NCBI GenBank assembly: GCA_035552195.1
Contig: DASZLU010000145.1
Location: 1,052 to 65,051 of the forward strand
Direction of reading: 5' to 3'
Source: Stellaceae bacterium
GTDB lineage: Bacteria > Pseudomonadota > Alphaproteobacteria > ATCC43930 > CGMCC-115725
Length of the DNA stretch: 64,000 nt
The notes under the pieces are model-generated. The model worked only from the letters and a program-made list of their open reading frames with translations, was not told the origin of the DNA and did no database searches. Positions 9,323 through 19,023 of this stretch are shown piece by piece; positions within the stretch are counted from its first letter, which is position 1, and the number at the start of each line of letters is the position of its first letter. The translations under genes were made by a program, and so were the position numbers.

Positions 9323-10612
9323 ATGGACCAACCGACGCCCCGGCCAAACCTCAGCCAACGGACACAGCGCGAGATCCGCGAAACCCTCGCGGGGAGGCGT
9401 CATGGTTGGCGCAGCTTCCTTCCCTTTCTCGGCCCGGCGGTAGTGACCTCGATCGCCTATATCGATCCTGGCAATTTCGCGACCAACATCCAGGCTGGCG
9501 CACGCTATGGTTATGGGCTGCTCTGGGTTGTCGTGCTGGCCAATATCGTCGCCATGCTGTTCCAGGCGCTCTCGGCCAAGCTCGGCATTGTCACCGGCAA
9601 GAACCTCGCCGAGCAATGCCGTGACCGTTTCCCCAAACCAGTGGTCATCGCGATGTGGATCGTCAGCGAGATCGCTGCCATGGCGACCGACCTCGCCGAG
9701 TTCCTCGGCGGCGCTATTGGCCTGTCGCTGTTGTTCGGTTTGCCGCTGTTCGCCGGCATGATCGTCACCGGTATTCTCGTCTACGCGATCTTAGGTCTGG
9801 AGCGCTCGGGATTTCGTCCGGTCGAGATCGTCATCGGCAGCCTCGTTGCGGTCATCGCGCTTTGCTATGTCGTCGAACTCTTCATCGCTCCCGTCAATTG
9901 GAGCGAGGCTGCGCGCTCGCTCGTTCCCACCCTGCCCGACCGTGACGCGTTGCTGCTCGCCGTCGGCATCATTGGCGCGACGATCATGCCGCATGCGATC
10001 TACCTCCACTCCGGCCTGACTCAGTCGCGCATTGCCGTCGAGAGCGAAACCGAGCGACGCTCGCTGGTTCGTTTCTCGAACCGTGAAGTCATCGTCGCGC
10101 TGTCGCTCGCCGGTCTCGTCAATATGGCGATGGTGATCATGGCAGCGAACGCCTTTCACGAAGGGCATAGCGACGTCGCCGAAATCGAGACCGCCTATCG
10201 GACACTGGCGCCGCTGTTGGGCGGCGCCGCGGCCGCCGTATTCCTTGCCTCCCTTATCGCCTCGGGTATCTCGAGCGCCACCGTGGGCACAATGGCGGGA
10301 CAACTCATCATGCAGGGTTTCGTCGGCATCCGCATTCCGGTCTGGCTGCGCCGCGCCGTCACCATGACCCCGGCCTTTGTCGTTGTCGGACTCGGTGTGA
10401 ACGCCACCAGCGCGCTCATCATTAGCCAGGTGCTGCTCAGCTTGACCTTGCCTATTCCGATGACGGCGTTGCTCATTTTCACCGCACACCCTGACGTCAT
10501 GGGCGAATTGGTCAATGGGCGCGTGACGACCGTGCTTGCCGCGCTCGCCGCGACGATTGTGCTGGTGCTCAATCTCGTCCTGCTGTTGCAGAGCGCCGGG
10601 CTCGCCTTCTAG
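9323..10612 (+). CDS. mntH: Nramp-family divalent metal (Mn2+/Fe2+):H+ symporter
   Basis: 429 aa with about 11 TM segments. The Nramp signature ..IAYIDPGNFATNIQAGA.. is present. Confidence 0.92.
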   Translation: MDQPTPRPNLSQRTQREIRETLAGRRHGWRSFLPFLGPAVVTSIAYIDPGNFATNIQAGARYGYGLLWVVVLANIVAMLFQALSAKLGIVTGKNLAEQCRDRFPKPVVIAMWIVSEIAAMATDLAEFLGGAIGLSLLFGLPLFAGMIVTGILVYAILGLERSGFRPVEIVIGSLVAVIALCYVVELFIAPVNWSEAARSLVPTLPDRDALLLAVGIIGATIMPHAIYLHSGLTQSRIAVESETERRSLVRFSNREVIVALSLAGLVNMAMVIMAANAFHEGHSDVAEIETAYRTLAPLLGGAAAAVFLASLIASGISSATVGTMAGQLIMQGFVGIRIPVWLRRAVTMTPAFVVVGLGVNATSALIISQVLLSLTLPIPMTALLIFTAHPDVMGELVNGRVTTVLAALAATIVLVLNLVLLLQSAGLAF

Positions 10613-10754
10613 ACTTCTCGGTCGGTGACCGATCGTCGCGGCCCTAGGCACGACTCGCGAATCGCCGCTCCGAACGGGGAAGCTTGAGCGCAACTGCGCC
10701 TAAAATTGCATGGCCCGATCGCTAGCGAAAATCGCACCGTTCGCGATTTCCAGC

Positions 10755-10780
10755 AAACCCGCATGCGGTCGCGGGTTTTC
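10755..10780 (+). terminator. intrinsic terminator-like hairpin downstream of mntH
   Basis: Stem aaacccgc / gcgggttt with loop atgcggtc, followed by tttc. It lies about 140 nt after the mntH stop. Confidence 0.45.
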
Positions 10781-10891
10781 AGTAAGCCCGGCCCCTATGC
10801 GTTCTCGGTAGCCGAGACTTCGAAGAAAGCGGGAGCCCAGGAGATGAGAATACGTTTATGATGCGTTGCAAAATGGAACGGGAACTTTGAG

Positions 10892-11368
10892 ATGCGCGCG
10901 GCTCAATTTAAAGGCAACATCGTCGTCACAAATATGCCGGAAAACTTTACCGGCTCGGCGCTCGCGGCGCTGTTCGACGATTTCGGCCTTGTGCTCGGTG
11001 CGCTGATCGAGCACCCCAACGGCGACATGGAACGTGCGCCACGCGGCCTCGTCAGCCTGGCGCCGCCCAGCGCGGTTGAAACGGCGATCCAATCGCTCGA
11101 CGGCCAGGTGATCGATTCGCGCCATCTGAAGGTGCGTAAGGCGCCCGAGCCGAAGAAACGCCCTCCCGGCCAAGCCAAACCTGCGCAGGCCCGTCGGGCT
11201 CCTCGTATGGATATGCCGCGCGCCGCGGTGCCGGCCGCTGCCGCGATGGCGGACTACACGCCTACCCCGGTCGTCGTGCGCCGCGCGCCGATTGTTGAGC
11301 GCCGCTCGCTCGGCGCGCCGACCAAGCGCGTCCGATTCTTCGATGAGTCGAAGAACACCCGAAGCTAA
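10892..11368 (+). CDS. RRM-like RNA-binding domain protein with basic/Pro-rich tail
   Basis: N-terminal ~80 aa have an RNP2-like NIVVTNM and an RNP1-like RGLVSL, plus ..AIQSLDGQVIDSRHLKVRKA. The tail is K/R/P/A-rich. Confidence 0.55.
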   Translation: MRAAQFKGNIVVTNMPENFTGSALAALFDDFGLVLGALIEHPNGDMERAPRGLVSLAPPSAVETAIQSLDGQVIDSRHLKVRKAPEPKKRPPGQAKPAQARRAPRMDMPRAAVPAAAAMADYTPTPVVVRRAPIVERRSLGAPTKRVRFFDESKNTRS

Positions 11369-11418
11369 GCGAGCGGACGCGCACCGCTACGTCTTCGTTA
11401 TAATACTCAAAAATATAT

Positions 11419-11442
11419 CGGCCCAGGAGAGGTCCTGGGCCG
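11419..11442. terminator. bidirectional intrinsic terminator hairpin
   Basis: Perfect 10-bp stem: cggcccagga-gagg-tcctgggccg. The minus-strand reading is followed directly by ATATATTTTTGAG. The plus-strand reading is followed by atgccGTTTTA. Confidence 0.55.
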
Positions 11443-11542
11443 ATGCCGTTTTAGTCTCCGGAGACGTCAGCGGGATTGTCCGGCGTTGCCGTCGGTATGC
11501 GTCGGTTCTCTCAGCCGCGCCAAATTTCGCCGATCGCACAAT

Positions 11543-11579
11543 ATCCTCGAAAAAATAGGGATCCTCGAAAAAAATAGGG
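11543..11579. repeat. tandem direct repeat (18 + 19 bp)
   Basis: atcctcgaaaaaataggg / atcctcgaaaaaaataggg, in the intergenic region between two terminators. Confidence 0.8.
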
Positions 11580-11610
11580 CCGGGATTGCTTCCTGCCCCT
11601 CATGCATCAC

Positions 11611-11649
11611 CCCAAAATACATCGGCCCGGGATTTCTCCCGGGCCGATG
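11611..11649 (-). terminator. intrinsic terminator of the OmpA-like porin gene
   Basis: Perfect 13-bp inverted repeat catcggcccggga-tttc-tcccgggccgatg. On the minus strand it is followed by TATTTTGGGG, 27 nt after the stop at 11677. Confidence 0.8.
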
Positions 11650-11676
11650 GCCGTCAGACCCCCTTGGATCTGGTCG

Positions 11677-12669
11677 TTACATCGTGATCTCGACGCGGCG
11701 ATTCTGCGGCTCGCGAACACCGTCCGCCGTCGGGACGCGCGGGTTCTCTTTGCCGTGCCAGCTCTCGTTGATCGCCGCAGCCGGAACGCCGTCGCGAACC
11801 AGGGCCGACTTCACGACTTCCGCACGGCGCTTGGAGAGCGCGAGGTTGTATTGCTGCGTGCCGGCGAGATCGGTATAGCCGGCGATCGCAACACCCGACT
11901 TGCCCGACTTGAAGGCAGCGGCTGCCGCATCGACGACCTTCTTGCCGTCGGCCGTGAGCGCCGATTTGTCGAACTCGAAGAACACGATGAACATCTGCTG
12001 CTGCGGCGCAACGGCGGCCGGCGGCGGCGCCGGCGGCGCAACCATTGGAGCCGGCGGCGGAGCCGCGGGCGAACCGAAGTGCCAGGTCGCGCTCAGCAGG
12101 AAATGATGCTCCCGATTGGTGACCGTAGCGGGACCGAAATGCACCTCGTCAAGGCCGTAGAGGTAACGGTATTCACCGGCAATCGAAATCTGCGGCGTGA
12201 TCGAATAGGAAACGCCGACAATCGGCTGGATCGCCATTCCCCAACGATCCGTCGCGCCGTTTCCAAGATCGGTCGCGCCGACACCCGCACCGACATACGG
12301 CACAACCGGCAGGCCGAGCGGAATGTCGAAAAGACCATTCGCCATCAGGCTAAAGTTGTCGGTATGCCTGCTAACACGAACGGTCGTTCCGGGGACGGTA
12401 ATTGAGTCCACGTGGTTACGGCTGTAGTCGCCGTTGATCTCCGCGCGGAAGAGGCCGAACTGATAACCGGCCGCGCCACCAGCGATGAAGCCTTCATCGC
12501 GGTTCACGTTACCGCTGAACCCTCCTGCGCGCACACTCATGTCGCCCGGGTGCGACAAGCCACCTTCGAGGCGAAGGTAGGGGCCGGTAGGACCGGTTTG
12601 TGCCAAGGCGCTCACGGCCGTTGCGAGTACCATGGCACTACCGAGAAGAGCGCCGCGAAGTGCTGTCAT
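11677..12669 (-). CDS. outer-membrane protein: beta-barrel + Pro-rich linker + OmpA C-terminal domain
   Basis: ATG 12669 follows GGAGGAACAAATA. Signal peptide MTALRGALLGSAMVLATAVSALAQ. The barrel has Gly/aromatic strands. The linker reads PAAPPPAPMVAPPAPPPAAVAP. The OmpA core reads ..AIAGYTDLAGTQQYNLALSKRRAEVV.. Confidence 0.9.
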   Translation of the reverse strand: MTALRGALLGSAMVLATAVSALAQTGPTGPYLRLEGGLSHPGDMSVRAGGFSGNVNRDEGFIAGGAAGYQFGLFRAEINGDYSRNHVDSITVPGTTVRVSRHTDNFSLMANGLFDIPLGLPVVPYVGAGVGATDLGNGATDRWGMAIQPIVGVSYSITPQISIAGEYRYLYGLDEVHFGPATVTNREHHFLLSATWHFGSPAAPPPAPMVAPPAPPPAAVAPQQQMFIVFFEFDKSALTADGKKVVDAAAAAFKSGKSGVAIAGYTDLAGTQQYNLALSKRRAEVVKSALVRDGVPAAAINESWHGKENPRVPTADGVREPQNRRVEITM

Positions 12670-12800
12670 TATTTGTTCCTCCAAACCCGTACTTGGCGAT
12701 GAAAACCCAAATGATTTCATACCGGTGACAGTGCCTAAGCTGCAAGCTTTGATGAGGCACTGGGCAATTTTGGCGAATACCTGTGGCAGCGGAGCAACAC

Positions 12801-12983
12801 ATGGACCGCAACGATCCCTACCTCGTCCTCCTGCGCCGCGAATTGACTCGCGCGCAGGCGCGATTGCGGCGCTGCGAGCGTGAGCGCGATGCGTTGCGAG
12901 CCGCCCTCAATACGCTCAAGGCGCCTAAGGCCCAGGCAAAAGCATCCAAACGCCGCAAGAAAAAATCAAATGTTTCCAAATAA
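12801..12983 (+). CDS. hypothetical small coiled-coil/basic protein (60 aa)
   Basis: MDRNDPYLVLLRRELTRAQARLRRCERERDALRAALNTLK... with a KRRKKK tail. It has no recognisable family and sits beside an AT-rich spacer. Coding status is uncertain. Confidence 0.3.
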   Translation: MDRNDPYLVLLRRELTRAQARLRRCERERDALRAALNTLKAPKAQAKASKRRKKKSNVSK

Positions 12984-13126
12984 ATAATGCCAAACGGACA
13001 AAACGACGCGTTAACTTAGATTTATGAAATCTCCATGAAATAAGTATTGAATTAACTAAGGGCCTTTTTTTATTTTGCGTCCTTGCAATAAGGGCAAACG
13101 CCCGTTTGGAGGAAGGAGCCCGTCGA

Positions 13127-13465
13127 ATGTCCCGTAATCGCACCGGTGCGCCGTCACGCCCGGGCTGGGCCATTGCCCCCGAAGATTCGCAGGAAGCCCA
13201 GCTTCCCCGCCGCCGGTGGCGGATTCTGCATAGTGCCAAGCCGCGGATGGAGCCAGTCGGCCCAATGCCGAATTGGATCAAGACGCCGGAAGACTTCGTG
13301 CGATGGCTGGCCAGCCGCCTTAGTCTCAATGAGCTCTATACTTATTTCCGTGATCTCGAAGCGATTGCCAAGATGAGCTGTGATCTCGAATTACTTCGTT
13401 TTTCCCGCCGTTACTTGGCGAGCGACCTGGCGCGCGAATTTGCCGACGATCGCGAACGGCTTTGA
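13127..13465 (+). CDS. hypothetical protein (112 aa), no recognisable family
   Basis: ATG 13127 is preceded by GGAGGAAGGAG. The codon usage looks less GC-biased than in neighbouring genes (by eye). Confidence 0.45.
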   Translation: MSRNRTGAPSRPGWAIAPEDSQEAQLPRRRWRILHSAKPRMEPVGPMPNWIKTPEDFVRWLASRLSLNELYTYFRDLEAIAKMSCDLELLRFSRRYLASDLAREFADDRERL

Positions 13466-13661
13466 TGAGGAGGCGTCGGCCGATTTAACCACCGGCGATG
13501 CGTCGGCGTAGTCCGCACTGCTACGCGCGTCATCGATAGCCGCAATGCGCGAATTATTCTTTGAAAAACAATGCGTCACGGGACGCAGCAAATAAGCGGC
13601 GCAGGACTCTTGCATGCGCTCACAGTTGCGATCCGGATTGGCCCGGGCAGCCGGCTCGGCC

Positions 13662-14777
13662 CTATTTGTCCGCTGATTTAAGCGCTTCGCGCTTATTCTT
13701 GATCCAGTTTGGGGTGCGCGCCGTATGAGCCGGCGAGGCAAAGGCTGTCTGAACGCCAAGATCGTCGCCGGCATGCCACGCCCAGCGCGGATCGTCGATA
13801 TAGCCGCGTCCTACCGCCACCATGTCCGCCTGCCCTGCAGAGACCACCGCCTCCGCCTGTGCGCCGGTGAAGATCATGCCGACCGCTCGGGTCGGGATAC
13901 CGACCTCGCGCCGGATCCGTTCGGCGAATTTGACCTGATAGCCCGCCCGGATCAGCGGCGGGACCATCGAGACGACGCCGCCGCTCGAGCAGCAGATGAA
14001 ATCGCAGCCCGCCGCCTTGAGCGCTGTGGCGAAAACGATCGTGTCCTCGATCGTCGTGCCGCCATCGACCCAGTCGACGCAGGAAAGACGCACGCCGAGA
14101 GGCTTGTCCGCCGGCCAAGCCTCTCGCATCGCCCGGAAAACCTGGAGCGGGAAGCGCATGCGGTTCTCGATCGAGCCGCCATATTCGTCCTCGCGCCGAT
14201 TCGACAGCGGCGAGAAGAAGGACGAGAGCAGATAGCCGTGGGCGCCGTGCATCTCGCAGGCATCGAAGCCGGCGCGGGCAGCCCGCCGCGTTGCATCGAC
14301 GAAGGCCGCGAGCACGCGCTCGAAATCCTCGCGCACCATCGCGCGCGGCGGACCGTAGCCATCCCCGAAAGGAATCGCCGAGGGCGCGATCGTCTGCCAG
14401 CCGCCTTTGTCCTGCGGCAGGAATTTGCCGCCGCGCCATGCCGCGTCGCAAGACGCTTTGCGCCCGGCATGCGCGATCTGAATGCCGATCTTGGCCGCAC
14501 CGTATTTGCGGCACGACGCGAGGACACGCGTCATCGCCGCTTCTTGCGCATCGTTCCACAATCCGGCGCACCACGGCGTGATGCGGCCGATCGGCTCGAC
14601 ATCGGTCATTTCGACGACGACGAGCCCCGCGCCTGAGATCGCCAGCGCCGGCAGATGCTGTGCATGCCAATCGGACGCGACGCCATCATCGGAGCTGTAT
14701 TGGCAAAGCGGCGGCACGACGACGCGATTGTCGAGCGTGAGATTGCGCAATGTGATGGGTGTGAAGAGCTGGCTCAT
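13662..14777 (-). CDS. NADH:flavin oxidoreductase, Old Yellow Enzyme family
   Basis: 371 aa. It begins MSQLFTPITLRNLTLDNRVVVPPLCQY.. and contains ..IQIAHAGRKAS.., the typical OYE TIM-barrel motifs. Confidence 0.88.
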   Translation of the reverse strand: MSQLFTPITLRNLTLDNRVVVPPLCQYSSDDGVASDWHAQHLPALAISGAGLVVVEMTDVEPIGRITPWCAGLWNDAQEAAMTRVLASCRKYGAAKIGIQIAHAGRKASCDAAWRGGKFLPQDKGGWQTIAPSAIPFGDGYGPPRAMVREDFERVLAAFVDATRRAARAGFDACEMHGAHGYLLSSFFSPLSNRREDEYGGSIENRMRFPLQVFRAMREAWPADKPLGVRLSCVDWVDGGTTIEDTIVFATALKAAGCDFICCSSGGVVSMVPPLIRAGYQVKFAERIRREVGIPTRAVGMIFTGAQAEAVVSAGQADMVAVGRGYIDDPRWAWHAGDDLGVQTAFASPAHTARTPNWIKNKREALKSADK

Positions 14778-15014
14778 GGCCGCGCGAGACTATCCCGCAG
14801 TCTCGGGACGAACAATCGAGCTCGATTTTTCAGGAAGACGATTTTCGGAGGAGACGCCCCGAGCCGCCTCGCCTGCCATCTGGAGGATTGGGGGGTGCAG
14901 GCGAGACGGACCGAAGGTCGTGAAAGCCCGCCAAGGGGGTCGAGCGGGCGGGCGGCAGAGCCGCTTGACCCGCATTACCGCGCAAACGCACGCACGATCC
15001 AAGTTAAACTTATT

Positions 15015-15524
15015 TCACGAACCCGGAAGGCTGAAGCGCTCGGACAAACGTTGAGCAACGCGCGCGCTAACGAAGTGAGAAACATCGCCGCCAAGCTGCC
15101 CAATTTCTTTGACAAATCGCGACGATATGAACTGATACTTGTCCGATGCCATCAAGAAGACAGTCTCGACTTTGGGGTTGAGCCGATTATTCATACCAGC
15201 CATCTGAAATTCGTATTCGAAATCGCTCACCGCGCGCAAACCGCGAATGATGACCGACGCTTTCATCTCGACGGCGAAATGCATGAGCAAATTATCGAAG
15301 GCGCGCACTTCGATGCGCTTTGCGGCATCGGCATCGAGAAGCTGCAGCTCGTCGCGCACAATCGCGACGCGCTCATCGGTCGTGAAGAGCGGCCCCTTGC
15401 CGGCATTGCGCGCGACTCCGACCACAAGCCGATCGACGATTTTCACCGCCCGCAGGATGATATCCGAGTGCCCATTGGTGATCGGATCGAAGGTGCCCGG
15501 ATAGACGCCGATTCGTTCGCTCAT
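15015..15524 (-). CDS. coaD: phosphopantetheine adenylyltransferase
   Basis: ..GVYPGTFDPITNGHSDII.. is present. ATG 15524 abuts the gyrA stop (15524-15526). Confidence 0.93.
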   Translation of the reverse strand: MSERIGVYPGTFDPITNGHSDIILRAVKIVDRLVVGVARNAGKGPLFTTDERVAIVRDELQLLDADAAKRIEVRAFDNLLMHFAVEMKASVIIRGLRAVSDFEYEFQMAGMNNRLNPKVETVFLMASDKYQFISSRFVKEIGQLGGDVSHFVSARVAQRLSERFSLPGS

Positions 15525-18295
15525 CACGCCTCTCCGCCTTCGCCCGCTTCAGAATCGCCCGGCACCTCGCCGGCCGAATCGCCGTTGCCGACATCTTCGC
15601 CGGTATCGGGCAGACGCGCCACCGACACGACACGCTCGCCCTCGTCGACCTTGAACACGGTCACGCCGCCACTGCGTCGCCGCCGGATGCTGATGTCGTC
15701 GACCGGCACGCGAATGAGTTGGCCGAGATTCGTGACAAGAACGATCTGGTCATCGTGGTTGACCGGGAAGACGGCGACGGTCGCTCCCTGCCCGCGGCTC
15801 GGATCGTTGTTCTCGCGACCCTGCGCGCCGCGGCCGGTGATCGGATAATCGTAGGCCGAGCTGCGCTTGCCGAAGCCTTTCTCGGTCAGCACGAGGACGA
15901 ATTCCTGGCGCGCGGCGAGATCTTGATACTGCTCTTCGCTGATCTGCGCCGCGGCTTCGTTCTCACCGTCTTCGGCGGCGACCTCGGCCTCTTCCGGCTC
16001 GGCGCGCCGGCGCTCGGCATCGAGACGCAGGAAGGCATAGCGCGTCGCAGTCGGCACATCTTCGTGACGCAGGATCGACATCGAGATCACCGCATCGCCG
16101 GGCGCCAAACGAATGCCGCGCACGCCGACCGAGCTGCGGCTCGAGAAGACGCGCACATCGGCCGCCGGGAAACGAATGCTGCGGCCGTTACCGGTCGCCA
16201 GCAGGAAATCGTCATTCTCGCCGCAGACCGCCACCGCGATCAAACGGTCGTCGGCATCCTCGCCTTCGAACTTCATCGCGATCTTGCCCGTCGCAAAGAC
16301 GTTGGCGAAATCGGAGAGCGCGTTGCGGCGAACATTGCCTTTGCGTGTCGCAAACACCGCGAATTTATCGGCCCAGGTGCTCTCGTCCTCCGGCAACGGC
16401 ATCACGGTCGAGATCGTCTCGCCTTGCGCCAGATTGGGCAGCAGATTGACCATCGCCTTGCCGCGCGCCTGCGGCGTGCCGACCGGCAAGCGATAGACCT
16501 TGAGCTTGTAGACGCGGCCCGAGCTTGTGAAGAACAGCATCGGCGCGTGCGTCGAGGCGACGAAAATCTGATCGATGAAATCCTCGTCGCGCACCGACAT
16601 GCCGGCACGGCCGCGGCCGCCGCGGCGCTGCGCGCGATAGGTCGAAAGCGGCACGCGCTTGATGTAGCCGCTATGGCTCACCGTCACGACCATATCCTCG
16701 CGCTGGATCAGCGCTTCGATATCCGTCTCAAATTCCAATTCCTCGATCGCCGTACGCCGCGGCGTCGCGAACTGCTCTTTGACCTCGCGCAACTCTTGCC
16801 GGATCACTTCCATCAGCCGCTGGCGCGAGCCGAGGATCTCGAGATAGCCTTTGATCTCGACGACGATGCCACCGAGCTCTTCGGCGATCTTATCGCGCTC
16901 GAGCAAGGTCAGGCGCTGCAGGCGGAGATCGAGGATCGCGCGCGCCTGCTCTTCGGTCAGGTGATAGGTACCGTCCGGACGGGCACCGCCCCTGCCCGCT
17001 TCTTCGATCAGCGCGATCAGCGCCAGCACGTCTTGCGCCGGCCAGGCACGCGCCATCATTTCGGCGCGCGCCGTCGCCGGGTCGGGCGCACGGCGGATCA
17101 GGGCGATCATCTCGTCGATATTGGCGACGGCGACCGCGAGGCCGAGCAAGGTATGCGCGCGCTCGCGCGCCTTGCGCAGGAGATAGATCGTGCGCCGCGT
17201 GACCACCTGCTCGCGGAATTCGACGAAGGCGACGATGATGTCGCGCAGGCTCATCAGCAGCGGCCGGCCGCCGTCGAGCGCCAGCATGTTGACGCCGAAG
17301 CTGGTCTGAAGCGGCGTATAGCGATAGAGCTGGTTGAGCACGACATCGGCCATCGCATCGCGCTTCAGCTCGACGACGACGCGCACGCCGTGGCGATCGC
17401 TTTCGTCACGCAGATCGGCGATGCCTTCGATGGTCTTGTCCTGCACCAACTCGGCGATGCGCTCGACCATGCGCGCCTTGTTCACCTGATACGGGATCTC
17501 GGTCACGATGATCGCTTCGCGATCCTTGCGGATCTCTTCGATCTCGGTCTTGCCCCGCATGATGATCGAGCCGCGGCCCAGCGCATAAGCCGCATGAATG
17601 CCGGCGCGCCCGAGGATGATGCCGCCGGTCGGGAAATCCGGGCCCGGCACGATCTCCATCAACTCTTCGATCGTGATCTCGCGATTGTCGATATAGGCGA
17701 TGCAGGCATCGACCACTTCGCCGAGATTATGCGTCGGGATGTTGGTCGCCATGCCAACCGCGATACCCGAGCCGCCATTGACCAGGATGTTCGGGAAGCG
17801 CGCGGGAACAACCTTCGGCTCCTCGCGGCTGCCGTCGAAATTCGGCTGGAAGTCGACCGTCTCTTTGTCGATATCGTCGAGCAACGCATCAGCCGCACGC
17901 GAGAGACGCGACTCGGTGTAGCGCATCGCCGCCGGCGGATCGCCATCCATCGAGCCGAAATTGCCCTGGCCGTCGATCAATTGCAGGCGCATGGCAAAGT
18001 CCTGCGCCATACGCACTAGCGCTTCGTAGATCGGCGCGTCGCCATGCGGATGGAAATTACCCATCACTTCGCCGACGCTGGTCGCCGATTTGCGATAGCC
18101 GCGGTTCCAGTCGTAGCCCGCCTGCTTCATCGCATAGAGGATGCGGCGATGCACCGGCTTCAACCCGTCGCGCACGTCCGGCAGAGCGCGCGATACGATC
18201 ACGCTCATCGCGTAATCGAGGTAGGAGCGTTTCATCTCCTCTTCGATGGCAACGGGCGTTATGTCGAGCGGCGGCGGCGCGGGTGTGTCAGCCAA
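15524..18295 (-). CDS. gyrA: DNA gyrase subunit A
   Basis: 923 aa. The active-site region ..[10 protein letters not shown].. is present, with a C-terminal beta-pinwheel repeat region and an acidic tail. Confidence 0.97.
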   Translation of the reverse strand: MADTPAPPPLDITPVAIEEEMKRSYLDYAMSVIVSRALPDVRDGLKPVHRRILYAMKQAGYDWNRGYRKSATSVGEVMGNFHPHGDAPIYEALVRMAQDFAMRLQLIDGQGNFGSMDGDPPAAMRYTESRLSRAADALLDDIDKETVDFQPNFDGSREEPKVVPARFPNILVNGGSGIAVGMATNIPTHNLGEVVDACIAYIDNREITIEELMEIVPGPDFPTGGIILGRAGIHAAYALGRGSIIMRGKTEIEEIRKDREAIIVTEIPYQVNKARMVERIAELVQDKTIEGIADLRDESDRHGVRVVVELKRDAMADVVLNQLYRYTPLQTSFGVNMLALDGGRPLLMSLRDIIVAFVEFREQVVTRRTIYLLRKARERAHTLLGLAVAVANIDEMIALIRRAPDPATARAEMMARAWPAQDVLALIALIEEAGRGGARPDGTYHLTEEQARAILDLRLQRLTLLERDKIAEELGGIVVEIKGYLEILGSRQRLMEVIRQELREVKEQFATPRRTAIEELEFETDIEALIQREDMVVTVSHSGYIKRVPLSTYRAQRRGGRGRAGMSVRDEDFIDQIFVASTHAPMLFFTSSGRVYKLKVYRLPVGTPQARGKAMVNLLPNLAQGETISTVMPLPEDESTWADKFAVFATRKGNVRRNALSDFANVFATGKIAMKFEGEDADDRLIAVAVCGENDDFLLATGNGRSIRFPAADVRVFSSRSSVGVRGIRLAPGDAVISMSILRHEDVPTATRYAFLRLDAERRRAEPEEAEVAAEDGENEAAAQISEEQYQDLAARQEFVLVLTEKGFGKRSSAYDYPITGRGAQGRENNDPSRGQGATVAVFPVNHDDQIVLVTNLGQLIRVPVDDISIRRRRSGGVTVFKVDEGERVVSVARLPDTGEDVGNGDSAGEVPGDSEAGEGGEA

Positions 18296-18622
18296 AATGG
18301 GGTCCGAAGACTGGCGCTGAGAAGGCGGGAAACGCTACGAATCGGCCAGCAGAAATCGTCAAAAAACCTTAGCGAATTTTGCGCCTGTCAGCAACGTGGG
18401 GAGGGTTGCCCGCGGCGCATGACAGCGCCTGCTTTGGCAAAAATACTATCATTTTATATCAATAGCTTATATTAATTATTTCGCCTGAAATTGTAGCCCA
18501 TATGGCGTTGGCTTGGCCGCGCCGGAGCATCGGCCGATTCCGCAGCGCAAAATCCCCGCAAAAATGATTCGCCGCGAGCCACCGAAGCCGCCCGCGGCGA
18601 GGTCGAAACAGCGCTCGGCGCG

Positions 18623-19012
18623 CTAGTTGCTGAGCAGCGGGATACTGGAGGCCGCCGGCGCGGCCGGCAGCGTCTTCAGCCAAGCATAAATATTCGCCGC
18701 GTCCGTATCCGACAGGCTCGCCGGCTCGTAAGGCGGCATGGCGTTCTGCGGTGTCCGGAGTTGCTGAAGCACCGCCGCGAAGGGCAGCGCCGTGGCAGCG
18801 AGACGCGGCCCGGTGATCGCCCCGCCCTGCGCCACCGTGCCGTGGCACTCCCAACAGCCATCCGCGAGGAAGGTCTGCTGGCCGGCCTTGGCATCGCCCT
18901 GAGGGGCGGCTTCCTGACCGCCCCCGTTTTGTTGTGCCCCGGCATTGGACACCAGAACGGCGAACGCACAGATCACCAATGCCGCCGCCGCGGCAACGAA
19001 ACCAACCCGCAT
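18623..19012 (-). CDS. periplasmic mono-haem c-type cytochrome
   Basis: ATG 19012 is preceded by GAGGGGGA. Signal peptide MRVGFVAAAAALVICAFAVLVSNAGA. The haem motif is CWECHG and the distal Met lies in ..QNAMPPY... It starts 11 nt after the stop of the upstream ThDP gene. Confidence 0.85.
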   Translation of the reverse strand: MRVGFVAAAAALVICAFAVLVSNAGAQQNGGGQEAAPQGDAKAGQQTFLADGCWECHGTVAQGGAITGPRLAATALPFAAVLQQLRTPQNAMPPYEPASLSDTDAANIYAWLKTLPAAPAASSIPLLSN

Positions 19013-19023
19013 GTGTGTCCCCC

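Noticed and set aside
5949-10612. tRNA-Lys-anchored genomic island
   Set aside because: I saw no integrase, no second copy of the tRNA 3' end (only an 8-nt chance match), and no compositional break. The downstream genes (PepSY, OmpA-like, CHR pair, CinA-like, SnoaL, mntH) are ordinary chromosomal cargo.
14790-15002. 70-aa minus-strand ORF in the coaD/OYE spacer
   Set aside because: It has no Shine-Dalgarno and an Arg/Pro-rich improbable sequence, and it overlaps the hairpin-dense region. It is more likely non-coding.
15719-18019. 766-aa plus-strand ORF antisense to gyrA
   Set aside because: It lies entirely inside a gene with unmistakable GyrA motifs on the other strand. Its translation is R/A/G/D-rich low complexity, typical of shadow ORFs in high-GC DNA.
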